From NCBI RefSeq assembly GCF_006345805.1, contig NC_043005.1, positions 992,001-1,056,000 of the forward strand: DNA of 64,000 nucleotides, given 5' to 3'. Below the pieces are notes generated by a model. That model was not told the origin of the DNA. It saw only the letters and a program-made list of their open reading frames with translations, and searched no databases. The position numbers were made by a program, and so were the translations under genes. Shown piece after piece: positions 49,040 through 61,123 of the stretch (position 1 is the first letter of the stretch; each line of letters starts with the position of its first letter). This DNA comes from Octopus sinensis. Its lineage: Eukaryota.

Positions 49040-49330
49040 CACCGTGATCACCGTGACCGACCAGGCTATCAGATGTTGATACACATCGCTGGTCACAATG
49101 CGCTTCAGATGTTTTAGCCTTCAAATGATGCCATCTCGCTGGCTAAGCGAGCAAGCCAACAGAAGAAAGAGTGAGAGAAAGTTGTGGCAAAAGAGTACAG
49201 CAGGGATCGCCACAAGACCCTGCTGGAGCATCGTGGAGCTTTAGGGGTTTTCGCTCAAAAAACACTCACAACGCCCGGTCTGGGAATCAAAACCGCGAGT
49301 CCGCTGCCCTAACCACTGGGCCATTGCGCC
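49040..49330 (-). mobile_element. tRNA-derived SINE (head GGCGCAATGGCCCAGTGGTTAGG)
   Basis: A-box TGGCCCAGTGG and GATTCCC B-box-like motif; shares head and middle with 51105-51477. Confidence 0.8.
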
Positions 49331-49332
49331 TC

Positions 49333-49385
<53 letters not shown>

Positions 49386-49389
<4 letters not shown>

Positions 49390-51058
49390 TCATCATCATC
49401 ATCATTATCGTTTAACGTCCGTTTTCCGCGCTAGCACGGGTTGGACGGTTCGACCGGGGTCTGGGAAGCCAGGGGCTGCTCCAGGCTCCAGTCTGATCTG
49501 GCAGAGTTTCTACGGCTGGATGCCCTTCCTAACGCCAACCACTCCGTGAGTGTAGTGGGTGCTTTTTACGTGCCACCTGCACAGGTGCCAGGGGGGGTCC
49601 GGCATCGGTCATGATCGGTTGGAGCTTTTAACGTGCCAGCGACACGGAAGCCAGCCAACGTTCGGATGGTCTTTTTATGTGCCACCGGCACAGGAGCCAG
49701 TCGGGGTGGCGCTGACATCAGCCCGGGTCTTTGCAGTCACAGCATATCTCCTGAGTGTCTGTGGTATCTATTGTCCCTGTGCATCTGCCGCACATGAAAG
49801 CTATCTTATCTGTTAATTTCCCTTTAATGTTGCTGCACCTCTTGTGCGCCCATAGCTTACATTGGGTGCATTTTATGGAGTTTCTACCTACACCTTTCCT
49901 ACAGATCGAGCAGGGCCACCTGCCCGAGGGGGTGTGTGCTGAGTTCGCCTTTCTGCTTACTATAACTTTGGTCTTTGCTACATTTACTCTAAGGCCCTTT
50001 GATTCTAACCCTTGCTTCCACACGCGAAATTTCTTTTCTAGTTCCGGTAGTGATTCTGCTATGAGAGCCAGGTCATCAGCATAGAGGAGCTCCCAAGGGC
50101 ATCCTGTTTTGAATTCCTCTGTTATTGCCTGGAGGACTATGATGAATAAAAGGGGACTGAGGGCTAAGCCTTGGTGCACACCTACTTCTACCCGGAATTC
50201 TTCACTATATTCGTTGCCAATCCTAACCTTGCTGACAGCCTCTCTGTATAGAGCCTGTACAGCCCTTATTAGCCATTCGTCAATCTCCAGTTTCCGCATC
50301 GACCACCAGATAAGGGAATGGGGAACCCTATCAAAGGCTTTCTCCAAGTCCACAAAAACTATGTAGAGGGGTTTATCTTTAGCTAGGTACTTCTCCTGCA
50401 GTTGTCGGACCAGGAATATAGCATCAGTGGTGCTTCTACCCGGCACAAAACCGAACTGCATTTCATCTAAGCAAATTCTCTCCCTAATGAGATGGGTTAT
50501 AACCCTCTCTATGACCTTCATCACCTGATCCAACAGTTTGATACCCCTGTAGTTATTTCTATCTAGAGCATCACCCTTACCCTTGTAGCAGTTAACTATG
50601 GTGCTGCTATACCAGTCATTGGGTATGACTCCATTATGAACTACCTGGTTTACAATGTGGGTGACTAGGCCATAGCCCACATAGCCAGCTATTTTAAGCA
50701 TCTCAGCAGTGATTCCTGATGGGCCGGGGGCTTTACCCGGTTTCATATCCTTAATTGCCTTAACTACAAGGGAGCTGTCTATTCGGGTAGCTGGTCCCTC
50801 TACTGGGTCAACATTTGGCAGGCTCTCCTCCTCCCATTCATTCAGCAGTCTTTCATAATGTCTTCTCCAAGCCTCTTTCTTTTCACTAACAGTAAAAGCA
50901 AGTGCCCCATCATCCATGCGGACACATTTCTCTCCTGTAACATCACTATTTTCTCTGACACACTGTCTGGCAATCCGAAATACCTCAGCTCTTTGGTCCT
51001 CACGTCGCTGGACATTGGCAAACTTCTTTTCTGCTACATCTTTGGCTATGTATACCTG
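49386..51058 (-). mobile_element. RTE-clade LINE: RT domain and PHD finger (open frame about 51058-49718), internal deletion, full 3' UTR
   Basis: APGPSGI, NYRGIKLL, QFGFVPGRSTTDAIF, FVDLEKAFDRV, GVHQGLALSPLLF, YADDLAL, then C-x2-C-x10-C-x2-C-x4-H-x2-C...C-x2-C; 3' tail ends in (GAT)n. Confidence 0.95.
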
Positions 51059-51104
<46 letters not shown>

Positions 51105-51106
<2 letters not shown>

Positions 51107-51477
51107 TGGCACGCCTTTGGTTATGATGACGAGGGTTCCAGTTGATCCGATCAACGGAACCACCTGCTCATGAAATTAATGTGCAAGTGGCTGAGCACTC
51201 CACAGACACATAACGTTGTTCTCGGGGAGATTCAACGTGTCACAGAGTGTGACAAGGCTGGCCCTTTGAAATACAGGTACAACAGAAACAAGATGAAAGA
51301 CTGAGAGAAAGTTGTGGTGAAAGTATACAGCAGGGTTTGTCACCTCCCCTGCCTGCCAGACCCTTGTGGATCTTTAGGTGTTTTCTCTTAATAAATACTC
51401 ACAATTCCTGGTCTGTGAATTGATACCGTGATCCTACAACCATAAGTCTGATGCCCTAACCACTGGGCCATTGTGCC
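51105..51477 (-). mobile_element. tRNA-derived SINE (head GGCACAATGGCCCAGTGGTTAGG), different 3' tail from 49040-49330
   Basis: A-box, shared GAGAGAAAGTTGTGG..TACAGCAGGG block on the plus strand, distinct tail. Confidence 0.75.
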
Positions 51478-51890
51478 TCCACACAAGTTACATATAATTG
51501 ACAAGAACCCAGTCATAACACAGAAAAGAAGTGATGGTTGGATGGAAAAGGCAGAGAGTGTAGGTTGATATCCTAACAGAAGAAAGGAAGTTGGTGTGTG
51601 AAAGTAAGGATATAACTTTGATACTGCCATGACATCTGAAATAACTTGAAACAATTGTGTCATAGTGAAGGCATGATAACCCTTTAAAACACACATTAGA
51701 TATCTTTTACTTGTTTTAGTCTGTGGCCATGCTGGAATACCCCCCTTGAAAGGTTTAGTCGAACAAATCAACCCCAGTCCTTATATTTAAGTGTGATGCT
51801 TGTGCTGTCAGTTTCTTTTACTGAACTGTTAAGTTATGGGGATGTACACAAACCAACATTGGTTATGAAACAGTGGTAGGGGATAAACAG

Positions 51891-51921
<31 letters not shown>

Positions 51922-52508
51922 GGGCTTATTTCAGTTTCTGCCGACCAAAATCCACTCAAAAGGCTGTAGCCGACCTGGGCCTATAGTAGATGACACTTGC
52001 CCAAGGCGCCACACATTATGACTGAGCCTGGAACCCAAACATCTAACCACAGAGTTGCACTGCTACACATATACCATTAGATTCAGTTTTATTTTATTCT
52101 GTAATAATGTTTCTTTATGTATCAAAGACTTTCACTGCACACAACCAAGCTACTGCTACAATTCCACCTGACTGCAACTGCATCAGTGACCGTTTCATAG
52201 ATGTACTTCAAAATTTTGAGACTTTATAGTTAATAATACAATTAAGCATTAACGAAACACAAATTAAACAGTCTATGTGCTTCAAATGGTTATCAAAATT
52301 CTTTCATATAATAATAAAAGAAGGAGTGTGTTAAAACAAGGAGATAAGAGAATGTCTGGCTTAGCAGTGGAGTTTCTTCTAACCAGGACATGACTAAAAC
52401 TAAAAATAAAACAATGCATTTTTGACACTTATATCAGCCATTTACACATTTTTAAAAACCAAAATGAAAAATAAAAAGCTTTCACTCTGTTGAGAAAGGC
52501 CAGCAATC

Positions 52509-52541
<33 letters not shown>

Positions 52542-52969
52542 ATGTATACACACACATACACTCGTGTATGTGTGTTGGAAAGCGGACGTTAAATGATGAT
52601 GATGATATATGTATACTAGACAAAAAGAAAAAGAACAGATGTCAACTGTAATAGAGAGGCAAACTGAAGGAAAAGTTAGGACGAAAGGTTTGAACAAGAA
52701 AATATAGGATGTAAGAGATAAAAGATATTCTAAGTAAATGATGTCAACAAGACTACCAAATCCATTCCACTACAGAAAAAATAAATGATAAAGCAATAAC
52801 AATAGATTATACCACCTGATTGGGTCCATTACATCTATAACTATATCTTTGTCATCATTAATTTCATTTACAAGAAAAATAATAAAAATACCAAAAAGAT
52901 ATCAATGAAAATAACTAGAAAAAGAGATTTTTTCTTGAAATTGAAAAGGATATTTAGGGATTTCTGGAT

Positions 52970-53016
<47 letters not shown>

Positions 53017-54029
53017 TTAAACATAACTGTATGTAAAGTAAATTAGCTGGTATCAAACTAAAACTAAGTTCAGGTTCAAATTCAAGTAACTTCATCTCAT
53101 CTCACCTGCAAATGTTCTGGAAACAGCTGCCAACGCAAGTTCTTCTCTGTAGCATTGATCCAGCTACTGCTTTGAGAAGAGGCAAAAGTATTCCTCTTGC
53201 CTATCAGTTTTAACATTAGGATTTTGGCCCCTTCCCCAAGCAAAACTGAACAGAACTGCTCTATTTCATTTGAAATATTTAATGCAATAATTATAACTAT
53301 AGAAGTACTGGTAGTGTTGTTGTTGGTGGTAGTGGTGGTGGTAGTAATAGTAGTAGTAGTAGTAGTAATTGTTATATTACCAAAGCTCTTACAAGGATTT
53401 ACTTCCGTCTTAAACTACAATTGTAAACAATTCATTGCAAACTTCATCATAACCGAACATTTTCCACCAAAAACCTCTCCCTAATTCTCCTGCTCTTCTC
53501 AATTTTCTTTCTCTTCCCACAACATCTCTTTCACTTACTCCTATCCCTCACCTCTCCTCTCTCTCTCTCTGGCCAGCCAAGGAAATGTTTCAAATGTAGT
53601 TGACAAACGAAAGCCAAACACTTTAGCTCAATAACATTTAAACAGCATGAAAATCAAAACAAAAAACAGTTCCTTTTATCACAAGGAAGCACACTTGCAA
53701 GGCACCAGCTGCTGCTGATAATATTCAGTCTGAATTATTCACTACTAAAAACTGTTGAATCAACATAAAAAGAACTTGATTACTCTTTTGTTTTCTACGA
53801 TAGCTTTGGGTTAACCAAAGACTTATGGAAAATGAAAGCCCATCATGCATAATCTATACATAAATATGTATATATGTGTGTGTGTGTGCATGGGATAGAA
53901 TTATGAACTAACAGTTTGATAAGTGCATTGGCACAAAAACTCGGGGCCCCTGAGTCACTAAATTCAAAGTTCATAAAGTATAAAATATACAGGCTCTGTT
54001 TTATATATTGAGTAATATTTCTCCTGTTT

Positions 54030-54360
54030 GTAAAACCATACATATTTGCTTCCTAACCATACGGTTCAGTTCCACTATCTGGCACCATGGGCAAGAGTTT
54101 TCTGCTGTAGCCCTGGGCCAACCAAAGCCTTGTGGGTAGATTTGGTACATGGAAATTGAAAAGGAGTCCATCATGTATATATGTATGTGTGTTTGTCCCC
54201 CACCACTGCTTGACGACAGGTTGGCTTGTTTGTGTCCATAAATTCGTGGTTCAGCAAAGGAGATCATCAATAGGGTACCAGACTTCAAAAAATAAGTTCT
54301 AAAGTCAATTTGTTCAAATAAATCCTTCAGGGTAGAGGACAACATGGCTGTGGTACAAGG
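54030..54360 (+). mobile_element. Decayed CORE-type SINE
   Basis: GGCACCATGGGCAAGAG..GGGCCAACCAAAGCCTTGTG..GATTTGGTA. Confidence 0.6.
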
Positions 54361-55044
54361 ACTGAAACAAGCAAAAAATTCACACACCCACATAGCAGCA
54401 TCTTTCAACATTCTGCTGTGCTCCAAAGTCAGTTTTAGCTGGATACCCTTTCTAATGCTAACCACTTTACAGAGTGTGCTGGGTGCTTTTTTTTCATGGT
54501 ACCAGCCCTGATGAAGTTGTGGCTGGCAAGGTCAAGATCCTTACTGACAGGGGAGGGGCTACAGTAGAACTGAAGGTGGCTTTCTGCAAGGTTATGAAAG
54601 GTTAGAATATGAAAGCAGAGACTGGGGGGAACAGGTTTCTTGCTGTTAAGGAGACTACACAGAGGGTGGGTGGAAGTGATTAGCATGGAGAGCAGAAAAG
54701 AGAGATAATGATGGCAGTGACAAGGGTCGGCATGGGCCCCTGGAGGGGTGGAAAGGGGAAGATTGGCTGGGTAGCAACTGTAGATGGTTAGAGATGGGGT
54801 AGAGGAGTACATATAGTAAATGATGAACAAAAAGATGAGGGGCAGTGCAAGGGATTGATAATAAATATGACTTGGAAGAAAGATGGGGGAAAGCAGAAGG
54901 GGATTAGAAATTGGAAAGGGTTTAGGGGTAAATGTAGTGAATGGTGGCGGGGTAATTAATGATATGAGGTGAGAGGAAGATCTGAGGGCAGGGAAATAAG
55001 TGCTGATAGGCAGTACAAGAGGTGTGAAGAGCAGCAGCAGCATC

Positions 55045-55270
55045 ATAATAATAATAATAATAATAATGGTTTCACATTTTGCCACAACAATAGCAATTTT
55101 GGGGGGAGGGGATGAGTTGATTACACTGACCCCAGTGTTCAACTGGTACTTATTTTATTGACCCTGAAAGGGATGAAAGGCAAAGTCGACCTTGGCAGAG
55201 GTTGAACTCAGAACATAAAGACAGACAAAATGCTTAACGCTGTGCTAACGATTCTACCAGCTCACCATAT
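55045..55270 (-). mobile_element. tRNA-derived SINE with (ATT)n tail
   Basis: Reverse complement reads GGTGAGCTGGTAGAATCG..GAGTTCAACC..GTCGACTTTGCCTTTCATCC. Confidence 0.8.
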
Positions 55271-55825
55271 AGTGGACATGAGAAAGATGAAAGGAAGGGA
55301 GATAGCTGTTGGGTGGGTGGGCTGCATGAGTGTGAGGGCAGAGTGATAGGTGTATGATAATGTGGGTGAGTCAACAGGAAGTGATTCAGTAAAAAGGGAG
55401 AGGAGAGATAATTTGGCAGCAGAGAAGGAAAAAGTAAGTGAAAAGAGTGAATGTTAAGAATGAAGGACGGATGTCAAATGAAATGGTTCCAAGGGAGAAA
55501 GGTAGGTGATATCAGAGAAAAGATGAAGAAATATATGCCATTCTGCACTCAATAAATTACAACCACAGAATCCCAAGTGATGGAGAAAATCAGAGATAGA
55601 GAATGAAGTGGTGGAGAAACACCAGCCACCCTGGTCCTTTGTCATTTCTTCATTGAGATCAGCCTTCCACTTCATCCCATGTCTTTCTAACTCTTCCTCT
55701 TCTACAAGTTCTATCCAACTTAAGCAATTGGTACTTCGTTATACAGCTGTCATATTCCTATACATCACATGCTCTGCAGTCTCCTTTCATGCCCACTACA
55801 TCTGATTCCTGTCATATATATATAT

Positions 55826-56275
55826 ATCATCATCATCATCGTTTAACGTCTGTTTTTCCGTGCTAGCACAGGTTGGACGGTTCAACCGGGGTCTGGGAAG
55901 CCAGTAGGCTGCACCAGACTCCAATCTGATCTGGCAGTGTTTCTACAGCTGGATGCCCTTCCTAATGTCAACCACTCAGTGAGTGTAGTGGGTGCTTTTT
56001 ACGTGCCACCAGCACAGGTGCCAGGGGAGGCTGGCAGCGGCTATGATCGGTTGGTGCTTTTTATGTGCCACCAGCACAGAAGCCAGTCAAGGCGGCGCTG
56101 GCATCAGCCACATTCGGATGGTGCTTTTTATGTGCCACCGGCACAGGTATCACAACTACTGTTTCCATTTGATATTTATTTCGATGTTTATGTACTTGAC
56201 TCAATAGGTCCCTCAAGCACAGTAGGTCATGTGCCAGCGGCACAGAAGCCAGCCAAGGCAGCGCTGGCACCGGCC
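55826..56275 (-). mobile_element. RTE LINE 3' UTR fragment with repeated hairpin modules
   Basis: Multiple GTGCC(A/G)CC(A/G)GCAC modules on the plus strand; CCGTCCAACC tail on the minus strand. Confidence 0.8.
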
Positions 56276-56789
56276 ACTATACATACATACAAAACTTGGA
56301 GAACAGAAAGGGCTAGTTCAACGAGTCGTGTTCTGTCCTCACCTTCGAAACACGCATGGAGTCGAACCGGGGACAGCTGATGAAGGGGAATTTTCCTTGT
56401 GTTGTTTGTCTTGTACTCTGTTTTTTCGTTGTTAAAAAAAAGGTCCGTTTCCATGTTTGTTTTTACGTTTTCGTTTCTCGTTGAGTTCTACGTCTATTTG
56501 TGGTGTCCTGTACTCACGTATATATATTTATATATGCATGTATATATACATGTAGATGTAGGTATGTACATATATGTATGTATGTATGCATATATTTTAT
56601 TTATTAAATTATATATATGTATATACATGCAGGGTGTCCATAAAGTCTTTTCACAATTTAAGAGATGTATTACAAAGACAATTGATAAGATATCTTAATT
56701 AGACTTGTTCTATTGTACTCAGTGGTTTTTGAAGTTGTGGATTCTATTTGTCACGTTGCCCGCAGACAGCTTTTATCGTGAAGAGAAAT

Positions 56790-57492
56790 AATGTGTGCAT
56801 TCACAACAGAGTGTAAGCACCCTGAGAGAAAAGTTGGACATAAGAAGCATGAGATGTGGTGTGCAAGCGAGACGACTGCACTGGTATGGTCATGTGTTGT
56901 GTATGGATGAGGACAGCTGGGTGAAAAAGTGTCACATCCTAATAGCGGGGGGAACCTGTGGAAGAGGCAGACCCAGAAAGACCTGGGATGAGCTGGTGAA
57001 GCATGACCTACGAATGCTGGGCCTCACGGAGGCAATGAAAAGCAGCCAAGACCTTTAAAGATATGCTGTGCTTGAGAAGATCTGGCAAGCCAAGTGAGAC
57101 TGTAACCATGACCTATGCCAGTGCAGCATAACCAGCCCATTTAAGAGTACCCTTCAATCATTGGGCAATAAACTGTATTTGAGAAGACCTGTTGAGGCAA
57201 GTGAAGTCATTGCCATGGCTGATACCAATGCCGCCTGACTTGCTCCTGTACTGGCGGCACATAAAAAGCACCATTTGAACATTGTTGTTGCCAGGGTCCC
57301 CTGACTGGCTCTTGTGCCAGTGGCATGTAAAAAGCACCCACAACACTCTTAGAGTAGTTGGCATTAAGAAGGGCATCCAGCTGTAGAAACCTTGCCAGAT
57401 CAGATTGGAGCAGCTGACTGGCTTGCCATTCCTCAGTCAAACTGTCCATTCCATACCAGCATGAAAAGTGGACGTAAAATGATGATGATGAC
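56790..57492 (+). mobile_element. RTE-clade LINE 3' fragment with 3' UTR
   Basis: LREKLDIRSMRCGVQARRLHWYGHV, GRGRPRKTWDELVKHDL, RYAVLEK; tail GGACGTAAAATGATG. Confidence 0.88.
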
Positions 57493-57529
57493 GATATATA
57501 TACATACATATATATAAATATATACATAC

Positions 57530-57584
<55 letters not shown>

Positions 57585-58619
57585 GAGAGAGAGAGAGAGA
57601 TAGAGACAGAGACAGACATAGAAAAAGCAAATCAATTTTAAACATAAACCTGATGAGTCGATATTTTCTATTATTGGTACAATAACATTGATACTATGCG
57701 TTCTTTTGCATATTATATAATACTAGCATTAAAGACCCATCGTTGCTGGGTCATAGTGCTAGTGCATGTATATATGTGTATATATATGTGTACATATTAC
57801 ATGTACATCTATATATATATATATACATCTACACATAAAATACAAAGTTATATCTTGATATCGCTAGTGATATATGCACACATGTGCATACATACCAATT
57901 AAAAAAGTTACATAACCCACCCACCTCCATGAAGTGTGTTTAACAGGACACACGGAGAGACATGCTCAGAGATTACAAAAAATATTTTACGGGTTTTTGT
58001 GTTTTTTATTCCTTCTATTTTGGCTACAATCCAGCCTACCTCTACTTCTGGGGGAACATTTAAAATTTTTTTCCAGGACGTCCTACGTCCCAGATATAAA
58101 GGTAAAATTAAAATATTTCCACTTTGCAAGTTCGAGTCGAGTACTCCCTTGCACCCTCCGTTGACTCAAACCTTGCTTCTATTGTGGAAAATTTACCGCC
58201 TCTGATTAGATACCTTTCATAGTCGCACCAAGACACTTTTCGAAGGTGCTTTCCTCCATGTGTTCAAATCTTCGTTTTTCTCTACATTGTATACTTTATA
58301 GACAATAGTCTTTTCTTTAATTTAATTTTTTATTATCCATCTGGACTATTCCATTTCTGCATGCTAATTTTATTTTTAATTTATTCCCATTCATGTGAAA
58401 CCACTTATTCAAGTTCAAGTCATTGATGCAATTTTATACCAATTGCTATTTTTACTTTTTTTTATGTTATGATTATATTATACTTTAGTTTGATTTTAAT
58501 TATTACTTACTACATATAATTCAATTGTTATTACTATTTTTATTGTTAAAGTGAAAGTATCTGACATAAAATAGAGAAATGTTTTTGTTTCACTTTTAAC
58601 TGAAATAGTGGAGAAGATA

Positions 58620-58806
58620 TGATATTGCTATGGGCTCGCTCTAGGCAAGAAGTTGAACAATTTTTTTGCCCATGAAACTACATGGACCCTAAGTAAGGCA
58701 TGTGTAAAATTTGAATGAAATTGGTTGTGTAGTTCTCAAGTTTTAGGGATTCACACAGACAGACAGACAGACGGACACAGATTCTCAGTTTTATATATAT
58801 AAAGAT
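58620..58806 (+). mobile_element. Possible Helentron-associated (DINE-1/HINE-like) element end
   Basis: (GACA)n GACGGACA followed by TTTTATATATATAAAGAT, a layout typical of HINE ends; 5' boundary unclear. Confidence 0.4.
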
Positions 58807-60403
58807 TAGTGGAACGATAATATTCTGATAAAATGTCGACATCATAAAATGAATTTCTCACTCTGTTCTCCTTGTGAATATATAATCTCTATAAATGTTA
58901 ACAGTCCATCAGCAAAGCAATCCATTTCTGTTTTATAATAGTATCTGATAGCTGATACCCATGGATAGGCTTAGTAAAGCAAAGTCCAAACAGAATTTAT
59001 ATATATACACATATACATGCATGCAAGTAGTCATTAGTTTGAGATAAGAAAAAAAAGAAAAGAGTAACTAACTAATAGATGGGACTTGAACTTTATACCT
59101 GTTGCTTGCCAGGCAACTGTGTTACTAATTGATTACACTGTCGGAGTATGATTTCCCTTCTTTCCAAAATTAAGTACATATGTTCAAAATCTCTACCCAT
59201 GACCACTTGCAGATTCATCTGACCAATCTAGTACACATCCCACTTTTCATTCTCAGCAATAACTAATGGCCAAGGGTAAAAAATTTCACATTGATATTTT
59301 AGTTTTCTATCTTGGGATTCACATGGACAACATTGATTTACTTTGATTTACAATAAGTCTTTGAGGTTAATTCTTTCCCTAATAGTTTGAAGTTGATTAT
59401 TGTTGAAACATTAAATCAAAATATAACAAGTTAGACATTACTTGAAATAACTTCATCTCTGAGTATAATGTGTTCATAAAATTACCAGTGACACACAAGA
59501 GACATGCTTATAAAAGCTTATTTGAGAACCAATAAAAGGGTTAAATCTAAGATTATTTTGTCAAATGTAATGCTTATCTATTCACATTGTTTTGAATTAA
59601 TCATGCATTATCTCATTGTTTCGAGATCTCAATGATGCAATTGTTTATTTCTAGAATGATATTGTAGGGTATGTGTGAGGGGTCAGATCTGGCTGGTTTT
59701 AACATGAAACAAGCAGAATATTTGGGTCCGATTTGACTGGTCCAAATGTTGAAGGGTTAAAGAGTGCAATTCCAAACACACAATTTGGAAATAGATCACA
59801 ATTTCAGTTTTATTCATTTACACATAAATGAATTTATTTGACAATAACAAATAAATCTGTAGGCATGTTAGGATATGATATCTTGAACAGAATATTAAAT
59901 TATTAAAACTACATACACACTTTAGTGTAGACTGAAAAATAATTTTAGAGAATGGATATGGATGCAATTATATTTTTTAGCTTTAAGTGAACCAATGTTT
60001 TAAGAGAACATTTTGTCCTATCCTTCCTGAATACTGACGGGTGTGTTCATAAAATCAATAATTGGTGTTACTACTGCTATCGAACACTAAACTAATTTCA
60101 GTGCAGGTGCAGTCCAGGTGAAATAGAAGGGATTGATTCTATTTTGACTACTACTCCAACAGTGAACAATGAGCCATGATGTTAGTGAGTGAGACAGTGT
60201 CTAGTTGCCTTAACTGAGATCAGACCATTTGCTTTTTCAAATTGTTAATATACTTGCAGAGAAATTAAATCACAACTAAGATGGAAAACTGCAGAATCCC
60301 ACTGGTAGTCAATTGAGAGTTACAGTGATATGAGAGCAACAGAGAGGTAAAAAACAGAATGAAGAAGAGTATTAATGATAGGGAGATTGGAATAGTAGAT
60401 ACT

Positions 60404-60636
60404 TATTTCTTTGCTACCCACAAGGGGCTAAACACAGAGAGGACAAACAAGGACAGACAAACGGATTAAGTCGATTATATCAATCCCAGTGTGTAACTGG
60501 TACTTAATTTATCGACCCTGAAAGGATGAAAGGCAAAGTCAACCTCGGCGGAATTTGAACTCAGAACGTTAAGACAGACGAAATACCGCTAAGAATTTCG
60601 CCCAGCATGCTAATGTTTCTGTCAGCTCGCCGCCTT
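60404..60636 (-). mobile_element. tRNA-derived SINE with perfect 18-bp TSD
   Basis: Same family as 37434-37664; TSD ATTGGAATAGTAGATACT at 60386-60403 and 60637-60654. Confidence 0.93.
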
Positions 60637-61031
60637 ATTGGAATAGTAGATACTGTATTAGTGGTGACAGCAATACTATAACTTGTGATGTAAGTGACAG
60701 GATAGAAATAATGATGATTAAGATAATGTAGACAGGGTTGTGATTTGTGGCAGTTGAAGACAATATACTGGCCACCCACACACATTTCTTCCTCTGCCAA
60801 TACCGCAAGCATGAGCATTGCCCCAACATTTACTAAAATTGCTGCTACTAACCACCAGACCTGTCCCTCTTATCAGACAAACCTTTTTTTAGTCACAACT
60901 GCTGTGCGCCCTACTTCAAAACAAATATATACAACAAAGATAAAGGTCTTCATGAAAAAAAAAAAAACTTGAAAATTCCAAACTTCAATTGATACACTGC
61001 TAAACAGAATTTTAACTGGGCTGAGGAAAGT

Positions 61032-61039
<8 letters not shown>

Positions 61040-61122
<83 letters not shown>
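61040..61122. repeat. (GAAA)n(GA)n microsatellite
   Basis: Direct reading. Confidence 0.95.

Positions 61123-61123
<1 letters not shown>

Noticed and set aside
53197-53484. Poly-Val, poly-Ile, YIYI, ERER and SLSL ORFs across the window
   Set aside because: Translations of (GTA/GTG)n, (ATT)n, (TA)n and (GA)n microsatellites
54435-55142. 235-aa minus-strand ORF, and similar ORFs at 2149-2536 and 15357-15615
   Set aside because: Low-complexity products of purine-rich decayed repeat DNA, a SINE and (ATT)n; no domain motifs
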